From: the human T2T-CHM13v2.0 reference genome, Homo sapiens
Strand: one strand, 5' to 3'
Assembly: GCF_009914755.1 (NCBI RefSeq)
Contig: NC_060934.1
DNA: 64,000 bases
A program made the position numbers and the translations under genes. Position 1 is the stretch's first letter; the number at the start of each line of letters is the position of its first letter. Below the pieces are notes generated by a model. That model saw nothing but the letters and a program-made list of their open reading frames with translations. It ran no database searches and was not told where the DNA came from. Shown one piece after another: positions 58,670-64,000 of this stretch.

Positions 58670-60489
58670 CTACTGCAATTTGCTGTTCCTCAAAGATGTA
58701 GCTGTCAAAGATAGAAACAGGGGCCCTGCCTCTGAACAATACATAAGAGGGAGCCCATGTATTGTTCTGGATGGGTTAGAAGTGGACATCAGCCACCAAT
58801 GTACAGTACATTATTACCCCTCTTTACTTTGCTACGGTACAAGGAGTAGCAGCCTGGGAGGAAGACCATAAACCTATAGCATTTGCCTCGAAATCAGATT
58901 GAAGAAACCCTGACAGAACTCAACTCTGGAGCCCCAGGTATGCGTTCCTTGGATCCAAGGAATATCATGCCTTCCACCAAGCTCTGTAAGAGGCAGAATT
59001 GCATGGCACTTTGTAAATTGATTGGGGATTTTTGTTTGTTTGTTTTTTGGGAGCTAGAGGTGGTAGCAGAGTCAGCTGCAACAAGATGGTGGTGAAAAAT
59101 AGCAAGTATGTGGGGAAAAAAGGAAGCTGCACATTTCCTTCCAAAATGCAGAGGGTGCCTTGGCCCTAAAGTCACCAGGGGGAGAGAGAACACCTCTCCC
59201 TGGCAATTGATTTTGAGTCAAAGTACAAAACAATTGAAAGACAAGAGGCAACAACTGGTCATTGTTTGAATCTACAATCATTCAAGTGAAGTTTTGTCTC
59301 CACTGCATTTTTACATAATGCTAAGAAAGGCTAGGATCATCAAAGATGGAAACTAAATGATCTCACTCAGGATAGCCTCCTCACTGTTCTTTACAACACC
59401 AGCAGCATTCTTGCCCCTCACTAGTGCTTACCCTGAGAAGCAACCATTTTCCATCCTTGATATTCAGCTCAGTGCAGCCCTGACAACCTCTGAGGGCTGG
59501 AGTCGATTTTGTTGGACCTTCTTGAGAACTATTGACTGAGGAGTATGGGAGCCTCTGTGGACTGTGTGCGGTTCATGTTAACTTCTACAGTTGGTTATAA
59601 TGGAGTCAGTCTAGTTTTTTCATATCTAAATTGATTTCATTATTTTATATTCTCAAGTGAAGAATGAAGTTTAGGTAAAAGCAAGTTCTGGCTACATGTC
59701 AAACTCAATCATCAGCCTTTCTTCTCCTCAAGGCTCCTTTCTTTCCCATGCATATGGTGAAGATGCATATATTAGTTTCAGTCTTTCCCGAGTGGCCTGT
59801 CAGCTGTGCTCCTGGAGTCTGTGGGCTCTCTCATCCCTCTGGGATCCCACTTTACTGCCAGCTGGGTGCTAACACACCCTTTGATAGGATGGCATTCCCT
59901 GTCCCTGGTTCCAGTGGGGAGATGTGACTGCATTAGTAATTAAAAACTTAACTTGAATTAAAGTTTCCTTTTTAGTTTAATGTAGTTTGAATTAGGTTTT
60001 CTAACATCTGGAACCAAAGAATCCTGACTGAGTTCACGTCACTGCTATATATATTTAGCTTGTTTCTATCAACCTGGCAGGTATCTATTTCTCACATGTG
60101 ACACACTCAATGTAATTTTTTTCTTTTCATGCCCTAAGTGAGCTCTATGTGGATTTTTCCATGTTTCCACCTGTTCCCTAGTGCCTGCTACTAAAGGGTA
60201 TGGATAATTAAATGAAATTTCATTGTAGGGGGTGAGATGCATTTTATAGTAATGTGCTATGACTTTCCCCAGTATCCAAGAGAAAATCATTTAAGAAGTG
60301 AAGCCTTCCCAGTAGATCCACTCAATGGCATATTCCAGTTCCTACCCATTTTCCAAAGTGCTTCATCCCTACAATCTTCCAACACCATGCGGACTCTCTA
60401 CCCACCTAAAGTGTATCCTGAAGTGCCTCAGCCCCTAGAGAGAGCTCCCCAAATAGTTGCTCTTATTAATGTGATACTCTGCAATTAGC

Positions 60490-60665
60490 TCGATGGCTTT
60501 GGAAGCAGACAGCTCAAGGTTCACAAACCTAGCTCCATCACTTACTAGTTATATGAATGAGGAGGAAGTTAGGCTTTCTGACCTTTATTTTCCTCATCTG
60601 TAAAATGGGGCTCCATTTTTTATTGTAAAATACTTGCTCCAGGCCAGTTGTGAAGATTCAATAAG
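60490..60665 (+). mobile_element. MIR fragment
   Basis: Core ttttcctcatctgtaaaatgggg...gttgtgaagatt. Confidence 0.7.
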
Positions 60666-61166
60666 ACAATAAAGGAAAAAATAAAACAACAAAAAAAACC
60701 CCCAGAACCTGGTGCAGACTAAATTATAGCCCAGGGCCTCACACTGGTGGGGACCCCTCCACATGGGTCAAAGCCATTAGGTATAGTTCTGTATTCATTT
60801 GAATGGTGTCAGCCAGTCAGAGTGCACCTTGTCATGGTGCTGAACATCTTTTTAATAGCATGGGATTTAAACCATGCTGACCTTATTCTAGCCTTCAGTT
60901 TCTTCCCTCACAGCACCCTTTTAAGGAAAGAACAACTTGGCAGTATCAAATAAGACCAGCTGCCCTAAATTAAGATTTTAAACATTTAGTTTAGTTCTAG
61001 TTTGAAAAGAACCAAATGTCTCCCAAAAGCTCTCTGATGTCTGGAGAAGTATTTTTATTTAGAAAGGGCACCATTTTGTTCTTTAAATGCCTTGAGGTTG
61101 GCTATTCATAAGACATTGCATTTTTAAATTAAATAATTAAAATCTAAGCTCTATTCCAATTGCTCC

Positions 61167-61521
61167 TGATATGGTTTGGCTCTGTGTCCCCACCCTAATC
61201 TTATCTTGAATTGTACTCCCATAATTCCCACATGTTGTGGTAGTGACCTGGTGGGAGATAATTTGAATCATGGGGGCGGTTTCCCCTATACTGTTTTCGT
61301 GGTAGTGAATAAGTCTCATGAGATTTGATGATTTTATCAGGGGTTTTTCTTTTGCATCTTCCTCATTTTTCTCTTGCCACTGCCATGTAAGAAGTGCTTT
61401 TCACCTCCCACTATGATTCCGAGGCCTCCCCAGCCATGTGGAACTGTAAGTCCAATTAAACCTCTTTTTCTTCCCAGTCTCGGGTATATCTTTATCAGCA
61501 GCAAGAAAAGAGACTAATACA
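61167..61521 (+). mobile_element. THE1 (THE1B-like) solo LTR
   Basis: tgatatggtttggctctgtgtcccc...gactaataca; perfect 5-bp TSD gctcc (61162-61166, 61522-61526). Confidence 0.95.
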
Positions 61522-61694
61522 GCTCCCTACAATTCCTCTTTAAGATGTGGTTTTCCCTGGGATGTCAAGCTCAGTTCTACTGAGGAAAACACATCTCCTG
61601 GGAGAAGAAATGGGATTTTAGGGATGTGCTCTTTCCACTTCTGCTATATTGTCTGTGCTTTTAGGGATAATTAGATCAATAAAAGACATAGCTA

Positions 61695-62036
<342 letters not shown>

Positions 62037-62586
62037 CTATAAGTTAGAAACTTCTGTCCATCTAGGTTCATTGGAATTGTCTTGCAGAAATGATAGCTTG
62101 TAGAGAGCATGAAGAGGGGTGAAGGAGATTGATGAGTTTGGAGTCAGCAAATGAGGCTCAAGTGACCTGAAGACCCTTACTGGGAGGGTCCCCATATGAA
62201 ATCAATGCTAGTCACCATGGGCCAATCTCCCACTAATGGTCAAGCATGTGGGAAGTTCTTACCATTCATGACCTCATGGACCCTGATGCTTTTAGTTCCA
62301 TTTCACAGATCCATTCCAGGGCTGTCTGACCTGAAAGCCTTGCCCTTGCGATTGCTCTAGCCAACCTTTCTAGGACTGAGATGAGACAACTACAGTGCAG
62401 GTCTACTCGGAAAGTCGCCACTTCTGCAAAGAAAGATCTCACATCTTCCCATATCACTCTGTACATCATCTGATGGCTTCGGTAAACAGGGAGGAAGCTT
62501 TGGGTAATGGAATGAGCAAACCCTCAAGGCCCTGGGGGCAAGTCTCAGCTCTGCAATTTACTAGTTGCATGACCTTGTGATGATAA

Positions 62587-62975
62587 TAGCTGAATGAACT
62601 GAACTGCGTACTCCCAGAATTTTTATTTTGAAGCCCTACCCCCAATGTGATGATACGAGATGGAGACTTTGGCAGGTAATTAGAGTCAAATGAGATATAA
62701 AGGTAGGTGCTAATATAATGGCATTGGTGTCATTGTAAGAGGAGGAGAAGATACCAGAGAGTTTGCTCTCTCTGCCCAGGCAGAGGGAAATGCCATGTGG
62801 GTGCATAAGGAGAAGGTTGCTGTCTACAAGCCAGAAAGGGAGCCCTCACCAGATCGAATCTTCCAGCATGTTGATCTGGACTTCCAGCCTCCAGGACTGT
62901 GAGAAAATGAATTTCTGTTGTTGAAGCCACTCGGTCTGTGGTATTTTGTAATAGCAGCCCAAGTAGACTCATACA
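62587..62975 (+). mobile_element. MLT1A-like solo LTR
   Basis: tgaagccctacccccaatgtgatg...ttgatctggacttccagcctccaggactgtgag...gactcataca. Confidence 0.85.
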
Positions 62976-63790
62976 ATGGTGAATACCATTCTAAGCACTT
63001 TAGAGACATCAACTATTCTAATGTATAACTACGACGAAGATATTATCACCTGTATATTACAAACGAGAAGCCAAAAGCTTAGAGAGGCCATATGCCTTAG
63101 GGGTGAAAAGTTGTTCAAGTAATACACAAAAAATATGAGCACCAGCAGAAGGAGATCAGGAGTTGCCCAGTGCCAAGGATGACAGAGATTGAATGCAAAG
63201 GGGAACAAGGAAAGTTTTGGGGTGGTGGAAATATTCTGTATCTCATTTTATATCTTGGTGGTGTCACATGGGTGTATATATTTGTCAAAACTTACTGAGC
63301 TAGGCAGTTAAAATGGTTATATTTTATTGTATGTAATTTATGACCCAAAGATGATTGAAAATTAAAAAAAAGTGGTCGCAGCCAAAAAGAAAGATAGGAA
63401 CTAGAGTTAGAACATTTGTGTCTGAACTGAATTCCAGCTCCACCACGTATTATTTATGTGCTTTTGATCAAGTTACTTAATCTCTCTGGGTCTCTCAGCC
63501 TTCAGTTCTTCATCTCTTAAATGGTAGTAATGTTTTCTCAATATATATTTTAAGACTGTTATGAAAGTATTTCATACTGTCTTTTATTCATGTATGCATT
63601 CATCCAACAAGCATATAATGAGCACATTCTGTGAGTCAGGCACTGTTGTTGGTAGGCAGGGCAGATGCACCATTCTGGGAAGTAGAGCAGGAAACCAAAC
63701 AGAAGGGGGACAGGAGGCCAAGGTGGAGGAATTGCTTGAGGCTAGGAGTTCGAGACCAGCCTGGGCAACAAAGTGAGACCCTGTCTCTAT

Positions 63791-63793
<3 letters not shown>

Positions 63794-63838
<45 letters not shown>
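63794..63838 (+). repeat. (CA)n microsatellite after an Alu left-arm fragment (63712-63792)
   Basis: About 22 AC units. Confidence 0.96.
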
Positions 63839-63844
<6 letters not shown>

Positions 63845-63922
63845 ATGTATATACATAAAACAGACAGGGACTCTGTGCCCATGGAACTAATTTTCTTTTT
63901 TCTAAAGAAGGGATTTATTAGC

Positions 63923-64000
63923 TTTTTTTTTTCTTTTAAAAAAAACAACTTTTATTTTAGGTTCAGGGGTACATGTGTAGGTTTGTTATATTGGTAAACT
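63923..64000 (-). mobile_element. 3' end of an old L1P, continuing beyond the window
   Basis: T tail then ttttattttaggttcaggggtacatgtgtaggtttgttat. Confidence 0.8.

Overview
Human (primate) genomic DNA, rich in Alu and L1. Bases 1 to ~15,900 hold the 3' end of CAMK1D (calcium/calmodulin-dependent protein kinase ID, + strand): three coding exons covering the autoinhibitory/calmodulin-binding region and C-tail, two alternative C-termini (intronic read-on ...[11 protein letters not shown] versus spliced ...VHSGSK*), and a ~6.7 kb 3' UTR. The remaining ~48 kb looks intergenic: about 40 Alus, a near full-length dead L1PA, solo LTRs (THE1, MST, MLT1, MLT2, MER51), DNA-transposon fossils and microsatellites. 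Almost all ORF-track entries are spurious. Best leads: (1) the CAMK1D stop is UGA-C, followed by a 4-tier G-quadruplex motif and an 84-codon in-frame extension ending in AKL*, a canonical peroxisomal PTS1, as in the LDHB/MDH1 readthrough isoforms; (2) a 76-bp-arm near-perfect intronic palindrome around a rearranged MADE1 (miR-548-like); (3) an L1 whose 5' UTR appears spliced (SpIRE-like); (4) a diverged ~157-bp inverted repeat of apparently unique sequence; (5) a 131-bp dispersed duplication; (6) a probable old L1 3' transduction. Repeat subfamily calls are from memory of consensus sequences and boundaries are approximate.
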